From Vitrella brassicaformis CCMP3155 (Eukaryota; Protista; Chromerida), in assembly GCA_001179505.1 (NCBI GenBank), contig CDMY01000040.1, positions 124,001 through 188,000 on the forward strand: a DNA stretch of 64,000 nucleotides, in the 5' to 3' direction. Under the pieces are notes generated by a model. The model ran no database searches. It was not told the origin of the DNA and saw only the letters and a program-made list of their open reading frames with translations. The position numbers and the translations under genes are program-made. Shown here in pieces: positions 46,601 through 60,201 of this stretch. Within the stretch, counting starts at the first letter, position 1. Each line of letters starts with the position of its first letter.

Positions 46601-49600
46601 ACGCTCACAGGGCGGCTGCAGGGCCAGGAGAAGGCAATTGAGCGGGAGATCGAGCACCCTATTCTGCACATCTCGATGCCCGTGGAGGCCCCGGCGTCGC
46701 GGCCGCCGTCTGTGGTGGTGGGGGAGCCCGAGAGGGGGCCGAGGGGCGAGGTGGGGTCGATCCTGACGCAGCGGGGTAGAGGGGTCCCCCCGACAGCATG
46801 GGATGAGAGAGAGGAGGAGGAATACAGGAGGTGACCATGACATGACATGGCATGCACAAACAGCCGGGACTATCCCCTTCTCATCAAACTGTGTGAGTTT
46901 TTGCTTTCAGGTGGCGGGCTGCCCGTCGGGAGAAGCAGCGGCAGGAGGGCGGGGCCGTCCGTGTGGGATCGGCCCGCATGTCGCCACGTCCGAAAGGGAG
47001 CGCAAGAGACGGCCACAACGCCCACCGCCCCTCGTCGGTGCGTGAGAGGAGCGTCACAGGCGGTTCGCAGAGGCAGCGTGTGACGGTGCCACAGCCGTTC
47101 ACTTTTGAGGTCCGTGAGGCGGCTAACAAGAGGCGGCAGCAGATACTGATGAAGCGCAGAGAGGTGGGAATGAGGGCGGGGAGGCAGGTGGACGGTGTAT
47201 GTGTATTTGTATACGTGTGAATGAATGACTACAGTTGGAGGAAGAGCGTCGTCAGCGCGCCGAGGACGAAGCCCTCAAACACCAGCGGCCATTCCACGCA
47301 AACCCCGTGCCGCCGAGCGTACACGTACCCAGATACGAAGCCATCCCAGTGAGCACCTCCCTCCACGAACAGACATGCCTTCAGTCATCCAGATCCGTCT
47401 GTCTCTCCATGTCTCACCTGCAGGCTACCGAGGGGCGGCGTCACGTGCGTGGCGAGGGGCGCGTGGTGCCCCCGAGCAGTGACATGACCACCTTCCCTGA
47501 GAGAGAGGAAGAGAGGTACCGCAGCGGCGGCAGGAGCAGGGACAGGCGGGCTGTGCAGTCCCCCTCCACGCCGCCCTTGCCGGCGCACCGCTTCCGGGCC
47601 AACCCGGTGCCCCTCGTCGTCACCACGCCGCTCTACCAGCGAATGAATGACCAGAAAGGTACAAACATACACACTCGAGACCGATCGCAGCTCGCGACTG
47701 GGACTCTCTCTCCCCTTTTGTGTGTGTTGGTTGCACTGCAGAGCGTGCGCGTCGCGAGCGTGTGTCGAAGCGGCGGGAGGAGGTCATGCGAACTTCCAGA
47801 ATGCCGCCCAGGATGGAGCAGCGATACCGGGAAGAAATGTATGTGCGGATGCATGAGCATATGAGCACAGCACAACGTACGTATGCGTACCGCTCCTTTT
47901 TCCCCTCCATATGTCAGGGCAAAGCGGGGCCTGACATCCCCTGAGCAGCCGCCCCCGCCCCCAAGCACCCATGCACCCCCCGTCGTCCCTCACACGCCCC
48001 CCCGCCCCCACCGCCCAGCACGCGCCGCCCATATGGACGTGCCCATCTCTCTCTCCCCATCGCCCGTCCGCTCTCCCGTCATCGAGCAGACGCGGCCATA
48101 CACCACACATGGGCAGCCACGACCCTCATCCCCGCCACCAGCGGCAGCAGGAGCAGCAATACGAGATGCGGACGACAGGGCAATGGCGATGTTGCTGGCG
48201 GATGGCGGCGACCGTGGCAGTGGCGTGGAAGTGGGATTGGGAGCGGGAGGGCTGCCCGCCCACACCCAGTCGCTCACGCTTTTGCCGGGACGCGACGATG
48301 CACTCGGTCAGTGAGTGAGGGAGCGATTGATGATTGTACCAACGGCCTGCCTGCACCCTGCATACCTATGTGTGGGTCTCTCTCTCTTGTATCACTTCCT
48401 CCCTCCCTACCATGTCAGGTGTGTCGTCAGCGCCTCCCCGCAGCGCCACCCCCCCTCCCTCCTTCGACCGCCAAATGCACACGCCAACCCACACGCGTCA
48501 GTGGTATCAATACTCGACCACCGAGGTTCCCGACTTCCCCGCACTCCACCAGCGCTTCCAAGACGCGCTGGACCGGCGGGCACAGAGGCACCCGCCCACG
48601 CACCCACTGCCATTCGTTTTCCAGCACGACTTAGAGCCAATGCGGCAGCAGCAGCAGCAGCCACGCAGAGAGGGTGGTCGTGGGGCTGCGTTGGTGCCTT
48701 CGTCGGTGCGTCAGGGGACTGCGGAGAGGGAGCCGTCACGCTCGCCGGAGAAGACGCGACACGCGAGGCTGCCAGATGCCAGCAGCAGGTGGGTGGGTGG
48801 GTGAGTGAGAGTGAGTATGCGGCGTGCGTGTTCCCACATCAATGTATGTGTCTGGATGGTCTGTCTGTCTGTCTGTCACCAGGACCACATTGAAGCTGCA
48901 GGCCGCCCAGCAACGGGTGCAGGCATCACTGAGGCAGCGACAGAGCGAAGAGGAGGGGCGCAAGCAGGAGCTGGTCAGCCATCCGACCGACCGACCGACA
49001 CGCACTCACTGCATGAATGCATGTATGTATCTATGCATGTCGTCTGTCTTCCCTCTATGTGTGACGGACGGCTTGCTGCAGGCGATGCGTCAGCTTGCGA
49101 CTCGCCGGGGCTCTCCCCAGCTGCGCAATCGGCTGCACCAGGCGCTCAGGGAGACCTTCGGACCGATGGACCACACCAGAGACCAACACCTGTACGCTCA
49201 CAGTCGTCTCCCTCACACCCACCCGACCGGCTGTGTGTTCTGTTACCATTATGATGCCTTGCTTCGTTCATGCAGGTACGACGAGCGTTACCACAAGAGT
49301 CTCGATGAGGTGCGCTCGCGTGGCGAGGAGTGGAAGCAGCGGCTCAGGGACATTAAGCAGAGGGTCGCCAACAGACCTCTGCTCATGACCAGGCAAGGCA
49401 ACACCCACATGACATGCACACAGACACACACCCACCCCTATGCTTTCATCCATCGATCGCTATGGTGGAGTGGGGGCAGATCTGCTCGTGTCATGTGAGG
49501 CGCATGTATGTGGGTGTGCGCAGGACCCAGTTGGAGGCGTCCAAGCGGCGGTCTCGTGCGCGTGCGTTGCTCAAGGTGCGGGACACCCTCAAGAACACCG

Positions 49601-50123
49601 GCCTCTCCGACAAGGAAATCGAGCGGTCCACACCCAATTATCCCATCTCACTCACAGCACAGAGACGACGTGCGTTTCTCCGATTGTTGTATGCATGTGG
49701 TTTGGTTCCTGCAGGCATTTCAACGAGGAGGAGGAGTACCTCATGAGCGCCGAAGAGGCTGCGAGTAGCAAATACCCCACCCCGGCTCTCAATCAGATGC
49801 CACCGTCTTCGCCCCCTCCCATGCTCACACAACAGGACGATCAGTTGCAGCCCGAGGACCACCACGCCCACGCCCCAGTAGCAACAGCAGCAGCAGTGGC
49901 GGGAGGCGATGAGCGTGCAGCGGCAGGGGATGCCTTGGCTGGCGACTATGAGGTTCGGGTGGAGGGGCAGCTGTCGACCGAGTACCATGACGATTTCGAG
50001 CCGCCTGACGAGCAGCAGCATGACGTCGGACAGCCGGCTGTGACGATGGGAGAGTGGCTTAGAGAAGGTGTGGCGGAGCAGCAGGGTGATGATGCCGTCT
50101 TGGGGTCGCTGCTGACTCCATAG
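43616..50123 (+). CDS. FAM161 (UPF0564)-like centriolar/ciliary protein with a long N-terminal extension
   Basis: C-terminal exons VTVPQPFTFEVRE, PFHANPVPP, RFRANPVP, MPPRME, PDFPALHQRFQDAL...THPLPFVF, WKQRLRDIKQRVANRPLLM are typical of FAM161. Joining to the 43616-46830 exons is inferred; it may be two genes. Confidence 0.75.
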
Positions 50124-51575
50124 ACAGACAGACAGACAGACAAAACACATGGAGTTGTGTGGGTGTGAGCGACAGGCATGGGCGAGGAAGTGAGTGCGGC
50201 GGGTGGGTCGGTAGGTGGGTGTCGGTGATTCCGATCCCCTGTCTGGCGAGACATCAGTCATGTTAGTTCGTTAATGTACGTGTGGATAGCGATAGATGGG
50301 CTGGACTGCTGTCGTGGGTGTGTGTGGCTGCATGCATGTACGCTGGCCTGCCTGCTTGCATGTCACATGGCACGACGAGCTTTTCACCTCACTCACGTTA
50401 AGAAGAGCTCGATTAAGGACACTGTTCCGATTTCTCTCCAGGTGATCTGATCCACCATGATGACCATGCCCAGGCACACGGTGTGCCTGCTTCCGTGCAC
50501 ACTCATGAATCTGCCTCGCCCGCTGTCCATCATCTCTCAGGAAACCACTGGTCACGAAGAGCGATGGGTACAGTCCTGGCTCTTCCCAGGGGCATGGGTT
50601 TGTTTCGCCCTGTGTGCATACACTCGTCTGTGGTCCGTGTGTCTGGGTGTGCTCGGTCGGGGCTGTGGACTGTTGTGGGCGTCTTTTTCTGGCCGTCGGC
50701 CCACCGTATCGTTTTACGTCGCCCGACTGGTGGGCGCGGCGATGCCTCACATCCCTCCGGGGTTACAGACACGAGTCTCGTTAAACACACTAACCAACCA
50801 ACTAACATCATGTCCATGGCGGCTTTGTGGCACCCTTGTCATGATATCCAGGTACGTGTATCGGACACGGACATGCTGGTGCTGCATTTCACCTCTCTCA
50901 TGTGCTGTGTACAGTGATGGTGTCGTGATGTGATGCCGCCTGTCCCTCCCGCCGGCCGTTTTGGCCTTGGCACTTGGTACGGTTGCACCCACTGCACCCA
51001 CACATCGCCCATTGGCATGTGGATCTGTGTGTCAGTGGCTTGTGCTGCCCATGTGCTGCCCACGGGTGACGGCTGGTCGGTGTGCGGTGTGTGTGACAGT
51101 TCGTCTACCTGAGGGACTCCGTCACTGATATTGGGTAGGTTGGCACCTACCGACCATCACTCTTTCGGTGCATGCATGGATCTCTTCCTTTTGCTGCTGT
51201 GTGTATCCATCCTTTTCAGTGTGTGCTCGTTGGTCCGTGTGGTTGTCGTTGGCTTTTCGCATCCACCTCCCACACGCTCTGGGTACGTTCTTCGGACCCA
51301 CACACACACTACATACACACACTCGCTACATGCGGACCTCTGTGGATGTGGTGCTGCGTGTGTGTATGGCGTGTGGACTCAGGTGTGTTTGTTTGTCTGT
51401 CTGTTCGTTTGTGTGGCTCGGGTTCGTTGCGTTTGGTTGGGTTGATTACATCAACGTTGAGCATCCGGTGATTGATCCTCATTCACAGCCGCATCTCGGC
51501 ACTCCCACTTACCACTCATGGACCTCAGCATCTACTTACGATATGGCGACCACGACAAAAGTGTCGGCCTGACTC

Positions 51576-54265
51576 ATGTCTGACCACTTTTGTCAGGCCG
51601 CCCAGGACTCTCAGTCCGGTGGCCCTTTCGACTCAGCTTCTCGTGGGACGTCTGAGGCGCTAGGCGCACTCGAACTAGATCAACCCACCGGTGCGGCTGC
51701 AGAATCATCTCGACTGACAGCTGTGGAGAACCAACAGCTTCAGTCCCTGTTGGGTAAGCAGTCTACGCATCAGCAGCGGGACCCACTAGCCTCCTCACCC
51801 ACCGGTGAGGATGGCGTGGCCACGGAGCTGGCCGGCAGCTCATGCGCCCACCCAGTGCCGGCTATCCAACCATTGTCACACCTTCCCTCGTCCACTTCCC
51901 CTCCCCCGCCCCATCCCCCTACGCTCACTCCCTCCTTTCCCCCAGGCGTCACTCTGTTGGGGCGCGTATGCCTGCTGGTTGGGCTGCAGCTACTATTGGT
52001 ATGCTGCCTGGTGGGAGTGATGGTGTTCTGCCCTGGGTGGAGCTGGGGAAGGTGTCAGGATGATAGGTCCTGGTGGGGGCTGGACGTGAATCAGTGGAAG
52101 GGGCGTTGTGTGGGGGAGATCCGTCCGAGAGCTGGTCTCGACTCGGCTCCCCTGCCCTCTCTCTCTAGTCCACCCACCCCATCACTGGCAGCCACCAGTC
52201 CGTCGCTCGTCATCCCCTCTCCTCGTGTTCTGGGAGGCCTGGCTGGAGCGACCAGTGGTATCGTGTCTGGTGGAGAATCGTTGCTCGCCGCGGACCTGAC
52301 GGCTGGAGCGGCGTCTCGGGGTTTATCTGGAGCGGCGCAAGCTGGCGGAGTAGGAGTGGGGGCGGTTGTTGTCAACCCATCGAGTGGTGACGGCCCCTCT
52401 CTGCCACCTGCGTCGTCTGCGCCTCCTCCATCTGCCCCTAGCGGTGTGAACGGTTCGTCGCAGCCGCGTGGGTCCTTTCGCGAATCCCTGGTCGCTCGTG
52501 TGTTGCCTGGGGATGTCGTGGTTCCGGCTTCGGACCGGGATATTGCAGGTTCGGGTCCTGTCGTGGTTTCGTCGTCAGCTCGTGATTCCGCATCATCGTT
52601 GGCTGAGAACGTGTCTTCGTCTGAGGGTCTCGTGTTGAGTACTGGCGTCTCGGCCTCGACTGCTGGTCTCGTTTTGGAGCCTTCTCTCGACTTCTCGTCC
52701 GGTGAGGGTCCGTCTGAAGGTACTGCTTTGCCATCGTTGCCCATCGCTGATAGCGGCAACGAGGAAGGCAGCATTGTTGGCCCCAGTGACCTGCCTGATC
52801 CTGAGTCGCTCGACGTCGACGGCTTTTGCGGCTGGGCTGCCGTTGAGAGCCAGCCTGCTGTGTCGTCTTCGTTGGGTCAGGGGGGCGGTCTGGGAGTGTC
52901 TGGTGTCGGACGGGCGGCTGATCGTCGCTCTCCGCCCGCCCGTCAGTCTGTTGTCGCTGGTGCGGGCCACTCTGCTACTGGTGGCCATGGTGGGGGCGTA
53001 TTTGCTGTCCCTGCTGTTGAGTTGGGTGTTTTGGTGGTCCGAGTTATCCGAGTGGATCTTCTACGGATCGGCGGAGTAGCGGTGCGGCTGCGGCAGCTGT
53101 GGGTGACGAGGCTGGCGGTGCACGTCCCATTCGCACTGTCGCCAACCTGCTCTATGGCGTCTCCTCTACGGCTGACGAGAGCCTCGCGTCTACTGCAGCG
53201 ACGGCTGGTTCTTTTGAGTCTGGTGCGGCTGACGGGGATGGCCCTGTCGCCACCAGATCACCCCACCCACCCGCCCGCCCGCTTCGGGAGCACTTTGTCG
53301 CTCACGAGTTGCGTTTTCGTTCGGTCATCAACGATTCCGTCCCCTTCAATCCAAGTCCCCTCTCCCGGTTCCCCGGCCTCCCGTCTGTTCGTCTGCCTCC
53401 GCCACTGGTGCGTGATAGGCATGGTCGCGGTGCTGGTGGGGGCAATGGTGGGGGTGGTGTTGAGAGTGGTTTGGGTGCCGCTGACGTTAAGGGGCATGAT
53501 GGGAAGGTTGAGAGTGCCCGGGTCAACGCTCAGGCCACTGCAGGAAATGCCGCTGCCGGTTTCGGTGCTGGTGGCCTCTCGGCCCGTGTTGATGCGGGTG
53601 TTGGAGCTCTTGACCAACTCGACACTCAGGCTACTGGAGAAGGTGCCGCTGCCCGTCATGGTGCTGGTGGCCCTCCGGTGCGTGTTGAGGCGGCTGCCCA
53701 ACTCAATGCGACTGCTGGAAGAGGAGATGCCGCCGCCCACCCTGGTGCTGGTGGGCCCTCGGCCCGTGTTGATGCGGGTGTAAGAGCTCTTGACCAACCT
53801 GCCCCTGATCTTTTCGTTCGTTCGTCTCGTCGACTTGACCGTCCAGCGGAAACTCAGTTGTCTGTTTTGGATCGTCAGTCTCTGGGTGTCGCTTCTGGGT
53901 CTCGTCCTCGTCCTGGGCCTCGTACTCGTTCTCATGGGAGTCAGCTTGTTGGTGGTGTTGGTGCTGGGGAGCAGTGTGTCCCCGTCCGTCTGTCTAAGAG
54001 AGATGCTGTCGACCAGCCGGCCTCGCCCGACCATCCTGGTCCTTGTGTCGACGTATCACGCCTGACTCAGCCGAATGGCGGCGGCCCCCCGCGTCCCTTT
54101 GGTGCTGGTGGTGTCGTTCATATGGGTCAAGGTGATGAGCATGTCGACTTCGAGGACGTCAATGAGGGTGGTGTTGCTGGGCTTCTCGATGGTGGCGGCC
54201 CTCTCGCCTTCGGTGGTTTTGCTGATGCTTCTCATGTGGACGAGCCGCACGGGAAGTTTTTCTGA
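51576..54265 (+). CDS. Apparently intronless ~900-codon G/A/S/V-rich ORF with a TM segment, split by a -1 frameshift near 53030
   Basis: GNT-rich codons run in the frame of ORF 51576 up to ~53030, then in the frame of ORF 53099 (open 53021-54265). Hydrophobic stretch LLGRVCLLVGLQLLLVCCLVGVMVF near the N-terminus. Confidence 0.5.
53524..53798 (+). repeat. Three imperfect in-frame tandem units (84-96 bp)
   Basis: Units encode AQATAGNAAAGFGAGGLSARVDAGVGALDQ / TQATGEGAAARHGAGGPPVRVEAAAQ / ATAGRGDAAAHPGAGGPSARVDAGVRALDQ. Confidence 0.9.
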
Positions 54266-55594
54266 CTGCCTGTGTGCGCCGACTGGGCTGAATTGGTTGC
54301 TGGCTGTGTGACTCACTGGTTTGTGTCTCTGAGTGCGTGGGTATGGGGCTGGCTCGGAGTAAGTGGCAAGGGAAAGATCGATGCATTGCAGCCGGCTGTA
54401 CGGCGGATGGCAAGTTTGGCGCGTTTGGCGCGGCTTTATGGCCGCATTCTTTCTTGTATACTCTCTCGCTCTTTTTCTCTCACCTTGTGTGACAGCAGGG
54501 TGTGACTTTCTGCTTTGCAGGGACGGAGGGCGGTCAAAGGGACCGCCGCCTTATCAGTGGCCCGTCTTTTTGTCTCCAGTGCCTGGCTATCTGTTCGTGT
54601 CGGCTTGCTCGTTTAGCCTTGCGTCGTTGGGCATGTGCAAGGAGGGCAGAGATAGCGCATCCGAGCTGGCATTCTCACATCCTAGTCTGGGTACTTCGTG
54701 CGTGCATACCCTCTCTCCCCGTAATCTCCCCGTGGTCTCTTCGTACATGGCTTGCTTGGCTGTCCCGTCTGTACCTCCAACTGCTTGCCGCTTGTTGCCT
54801 GCGTGTGCATACGTACGTTTGTATGTCGATTGTTGTTGCCTGTCTGTCTGTCTGTCAGTCTGGTACACAGTGCGTACAAGTAAGTATTCATGTTACGTAC
54901 ATGAGGAACGGTGAGGACAAGTCTGACCGTTACCCTCTTGCCTGCCTATCTGCCTACTGGTCTGCGGCCCAGTGGGGGCTTCCCCTGAGATCACTACTGT
55001 CAACGGACAATGTGCCTCTCTTCCCTGCTGCCATGACGGGTGAGAGTATTGTGATTGACCTGAGAGTGCAGCCCAGCCCATTTTGGGCAATTGTGGTTCG
55101 TATTAGTTAAAGGACGCCCTTTCTTCACAGGAGCAGAAGGATACTTGGGCTGGCACTTGAAGAAGCAGTGAAATCAGTGAGTGCGGGGTGGGTATCTGTG
55201 TTCGTGCGTCTGTGTTAAATGTGGCTTCCCTAGAGACATGAGTGTGCGACGTGCGCGCGGGTACGTAGGAGCGTTGCTGGTGTGCATGCGGTCATGGTGA
55301 CAAGCAACGTATCGATTTCGCGGAGAGAATGCCCAGAAGAAGCATTCGGACAAACAAACAAACGATTCCAAACGAAACAATCTCGCTGCCTGCTGCTCGG
55401 TTTGATCGGAATGACCGATTTTGGTCGCTCATCGAAGGTGAGAGGGCAGCGGGACTTTGAACTAGAGGTGACAAATCACTTGGTGCAGTCAACCACACAC
55501 GCACAGTCATTGTGTTTCTCAACCAAAAATAGATGAACCAGTCAGTACTCCTCTGCATAGGAACTGAGGAAGAACGAGTCTGATAACTCATCTA

Positions 55595-57323
55595 TCACTC
55601 ATCGTCGTCGACCTCTTCCTTGCCGAAGGTATTGTCAGGAATGAAAGAAAAGAGAAACACACGAGCGAAGCAACCAACGCACCCATCCTCCCCACCACAA
55701 GAGACAGACAGACAGACAGACAGAAGGGTCGGTGGCTGTGGCACGCAGATGGATCAGACCAGTACGCCACGCCACACGCGACTGTATCTACAGGCCTGGA
55801 TGACTGACGCACAGACAAAGGCCCCCCCGCCATTCACTGCAGTACAGATGACACACCCGGCAGGCAGACAGACAGACAGACAGATAGACAGACAGTTGGG
55901 AATGCATGTGCACGGACAGTCAGTGAGCTGGCAAGTCAGGGAGGGAGGGAGTGGGCAGTGAGTGCAGGGGCGCGGGGACAAGTCGAAAATTCGGCAGAAT
56001 GCACCGCCGGCAAAGACACAAACGCCTACCGCATTCATTGGAAAAGCACATCCGTCCGTCCGTCCGTGTATGTATGTGTACAATGAATGTATGACGCAGA
56101 CGCACAAACACGAAAGAGAGATGGATGTAGAGATGCACATACATGCGTTCACCATGGCAAAGGAGCAGCCCAGACAGCACAACCGCCTGCCCAGTCATTA
56201 ATTGAATCACATCGATGCATGCATCAAGCCACGCATACATACATCTTGTCTGCACAGCGATCGATCTACACACACGACAGTAAGTGTATGTACGTATATG
56301 TGTGTGTGTGTACACATACCGACGCGCATGTATCGAGCACTCGACAGACGACAAGCTGCATAAAGAAGCCATACACACAGAAAGAGAGAGTAAGTGGCCT
56401 GCGGGTATTCGAATGGACTAATTGCATGGGTACCTGTGATGCGATTGATCTCTCAATTGCAACTATCTTCGCCTCTTGCTCGATCGCCTCTTGGATGTGG
56501 CCTTGCGACTGAACTCTGCACAACGGGCAAGATACCCGGAGAGACAGACAGACAGAGAGAGACGATCTTTATGCGTCTGTATGTTTGTTTGTATGGGATT
56601 TGTGTCTTTCATTTCTGACCGTCGTCTTCCTCGGGCACCCACTCCTCATCGCCGTCGCCGCTCGCCTTGGCCCTCATCCTCTTGTTCTTGGTAGCAGCCT
56701 CGACCTCGACCTCGTCCTCGTCGATCGCCTTCTCGAGCGATGTGAGCGCCACGTGAGGGATGAAAGGAGAGAGGGAGTGAGTGACTGTGCGTGACCTCTG
56801 TATTTCGTGTGGATCTACGTACCTGCTGGTAGATGCTTGTCCCGGGCAGGAGCACCTGGTCGGCAGCAATGTTATCGAGGGCCTGCAGGGATGATCGCCA
56901 GCACAGCCGATATGCATCCTCGGCACCGCCGCCACCACCTCCCGCATGCGGGACCCTTCCTCCTCTTGATGTTTCCCTCTCCCCAATAGTCAGCAGCTTT
57001 TCCGCCACATCAGGAGGGCACGGCAGCTCACACAGCTCGCCCGTCGTGCCACTGCTGCTCACATCGTCTTCCGTGTCAAGGGTCTCCCCAATGTGGCGTG
57101 GATGGACTCTGCCGGATCTCTGTCCAGCAAGGACGCGCAGACTGATCTCAAGCTCGCAGTTGCAGACAATGAGCTCCGCAAATCTTGTGTGTTTTTGTGA
57201 AGTGGAGGTCGCCGAGAGGCAAGAAAACTCAGGCCCACATCTCGGCTGCGACCGGCAGCAGCTGAGCAAAGAGGCCCCACAAGCGCGGCCGAGCGACGAG
57301 GGAGGAGGTGCTGCAGAGGGCAA
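55595..57323 (-). CDS. Hypothetical multi-exon protein; no clear ATG-bearing first exon
   Basis: Exon blocks RFAELIVCNCELEISLRVL...QVLLPGTSIYQQ, LEKAIDEDEVEVE...EEWVPEEDD, IQEAIEQEAKIVAIERSIASQ, and probable end IPDNTFGKEEVDDDE-TGA. Confidence 0.5.
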
Positions 57324-59940
57324 GAGTGGCCGGCGCCCGGAACCATTCGACGAAGAAGACGATGAGTGTCACGGAATCGTCGGAAAGCAGCCTGGCAAGC
57401 AGCCGAGCATTTGCACCAGCCACGGGAGCGGTGAAAATTGGCCGCCTGAATCGCCTGGATCGCCGACAGATGGGCATGATGTGGACGAGCGGGGCGAGTG
57501 GAGGACAGAGGCGAGGAAGCGTAAAGAGATGGTTGCTCATTTCCACGAGGGGGCAGGCAGCAAGTTGGCGGCCTACGAAGAGTTTCCCAGTACCCTTCGA
57601 TACGAGACGCGAGTCAACGACAGCGGGGAGGTCGAAGAGAAGCTTGTCGGGATAGCGTTCACTCCCGAGCCTTTCATCAACACTGCACGGAGAGTCGCTC
57701 GTGTCCTTTTCTTTCAACTTGCAACTGCATTGGTCTTTGCAATCGCATGGGCGCTCTTCTGTCTGGGTAAGACAAAGCCAACTTCACATGCAAGGAAAGA
57801 AGATGTATCTGGACGGATGCCATCATGACTGTGCGTTTATGTAAGGTTGCTGGCCGATGTGTGAGTACAAGAGCTTCAGTCGCGGGGTGCCGTGGATAGT
57901 ACTTGATTTCCTTCGTGTGCTGCTTATCTATGTTGAGTATACCGCCGCCGCACTCCTAATGGCCGAAGGGGATGGAAGACTAGCTTTGCGACGCCTTGTC
58001 TCGTGCGGGTGGATTTTTGTGCCTGGCGGACTCTTTTTGTTTTCAAGGGCGGTGGTGCACCACTTTTTCGGAGGATTCAGAGTCCTATACAGAACTTACG
58101 TGACGCCCCCCGCGGCGTTTGTCGTCACCTTCCCTTTGGCGTTCATCTTCTTTCGCTTCAGCGCCCACAGGAATAAGACCGTTATGCGGCACAGGAAGAT
58201 GATCTATTCCTCCCAGCTGACGGTGATATTTTCTTCACAACTGTCACTCGCAATCGTCATGTAAGTAAATGCCGATATCAACATTCGATGTTGGCCTGCC
58301 TTTTGTCTTTCTCCGTCAGCCGAATATTTCTCCTCCCCCTGGCCACGGGAGACACGACCGATGGGGAGCGGACACGAGTTGCATTCGGTTTCCTACTGAT
58401 CACGTGGCCATTCCTTGGACTAGGTACGTTTGTTATGAGATGATGCTGATGTGGCCGCGACTGCCTAGCCGTTCTTACCAATCAGTGACGGCCACCAATC
58501 GGGCTATTCGGGACGGATCAGCACTGCAGACAGCACCATGTCTCGCCTTTGGGGCTGTTGCGCATGCTTTGTTTCCTCGCATGTAAGCAGCGCCCGAGTG
58601 AGAGACGAATATACGTGATCCATTGTTCTACAGGCTTCAGTCAAAAATGGCATTGCTTTCGCCGCATCAAATCCTGACATCTGTCGCTCTCGGGTAAGGT
58701 CTGCCTGACATATTGGCCCCTGCCATTCGGTGCTCTGTCCAGGTGCTTCGACCTTTTTACAGACATCGCGATTCCATATTGTATGCAAGCATCGATATAT
58801 TGCATTCCAAATCATGTCTCTTCACGATTCTTCTTGCGTGAGCAGGTGTTCTCATTGGTGGCGCGAGCAGCAGGCTATTCATACGACTGGTGGCCCGCTT
58901 CAAGCCGAACCAAAGGGAGACGCAAGATCAGCACGCCGATGCTGTCGACATTATTGCCGTCAGGGATGAGAGCAACAGCGATCGAAAGCCCGGCCCTCGA
59001 CTGAGTCGTCTTTCCACGAGGGCGGCATCGTACCGCCGCTCGAAGAGTGCGGCATTCGATCGCCTCCGCTGCATGTTAAGCCGCTCGTCGCTTGCATCCC
59101 ACCTGAATACGATACTTGACGCGCAGTCCAAATTCGTGACGTCTGGGTACCATCCCATGTTCCTTCGTCGACTCAGCGACGTGAGCACTTGAGAGCATAT
59201 GGGGAAAACAACGACGGGAAGAGCCCTGCATTCCACCCATGTATGTCTCCTCTCCCTGTTGATTGAGTACAGCAAGTCTATTTGTACGGCCTGGCGGAGC
59301 TGACCGCACTGGTACGAACACAGGCAGGGAGGCAGGGAGGCAGGGAGGCAGGGAGGCAGGTAGGCAGGGAGGCGATGCATCCGTTCTGTCACCTTACTTA
59401 CAGATCTTCTCCAATTTGTGCTCCATCATCTTCGAACAGGTGCTGTGTGTGGACGTGCAGTATGCACACGTGCCTGATATGTGTTTCGTCATGCAGATGT
59501 TGTCTCCATCTGGCGAGCGGTTGGCGGAGAGACTGGCCGGCCTGGGGGTCCTTGTGCTTATCGAGATGAGCCTCGAATTCCTACTCTTCTGCGTGAGCTA
59601 CATAGCTCTTCATTAAGCCTCAAACACAAGGGCAATTCCATCCATTCACTATCTGCCTGGGTGTGGCTGGCTGTCTTGTCTTGGTGCGTTGGATGCAGTA
59701 CATGGTTCGTGTGATCAATTTGCCATTGATCAGGAGCGAGAGGGAGCCGAAGGCCGTGAGGATGCGACTCATGGGCATGTTCTTCACGGGCAGCATCTGT
59801 GTCGTACACGGTGCCTCACACATGGTCATGTTCGTTTTGCAGTCGTTGGACAGAGAGGCATATGGCAGTGTGGAACTGCGCGACTACTGTCCGCACGACT
59901 CTTTCCTCTTGCGGAGACACATGGGGGCATAATTGATTGA
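57169..59940 (+). CDS. Multi-pass membrane protein of unknown function
   Basis: Many hydrophobic exons in compatible phases (VLFFQLATALVFAIAWALFCLG, FVVTFPLAFIFF, VAFGFLLITWPFLGL, LGVLVLIEMSLEFLLFC, YMVRVINLPLIR). Start and last exon are uncertain. Confidence 0.7.
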
Positions 59941-60201
59941 AATCAGCCAGCCAGCCAGCGAGTGAGTGAGATATCCGTATGCCGTGCCGTGCTCGGCTAA
60001 GTCAAGAAGCGGCCGGCTGTCGCCAAGGTTTTCATGTCTCATGTAGGTAGGGCTGATTTTGGCGAGTGGTGCCCGAGGCCTCACGTACTAGGACTTAATT
60101 GGTTGTAATTGGCGAGGAAGCGGAGCTTCGGTGTCGAATCGCTCCATCTCACCAATCTCAGTTGTCTGCGTTCGTGCGATGAGTGAGACTGCTGCAGGCG
60201 T

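Noticed and set aside
50271-51500. ORFs between the FAM161-like gene and the atypical ORF
   Set aside because: Dominated by GT-rich intron/UTR-like sequence; no coherent model.
52091-54034. Minus-strand ORFs 52091-52774 and 53258-54034
   Set aside because: Mirror frames of the GNT-biased plus-strand ORF; the T/S/R-rich composition is what that antisense reading predicts.
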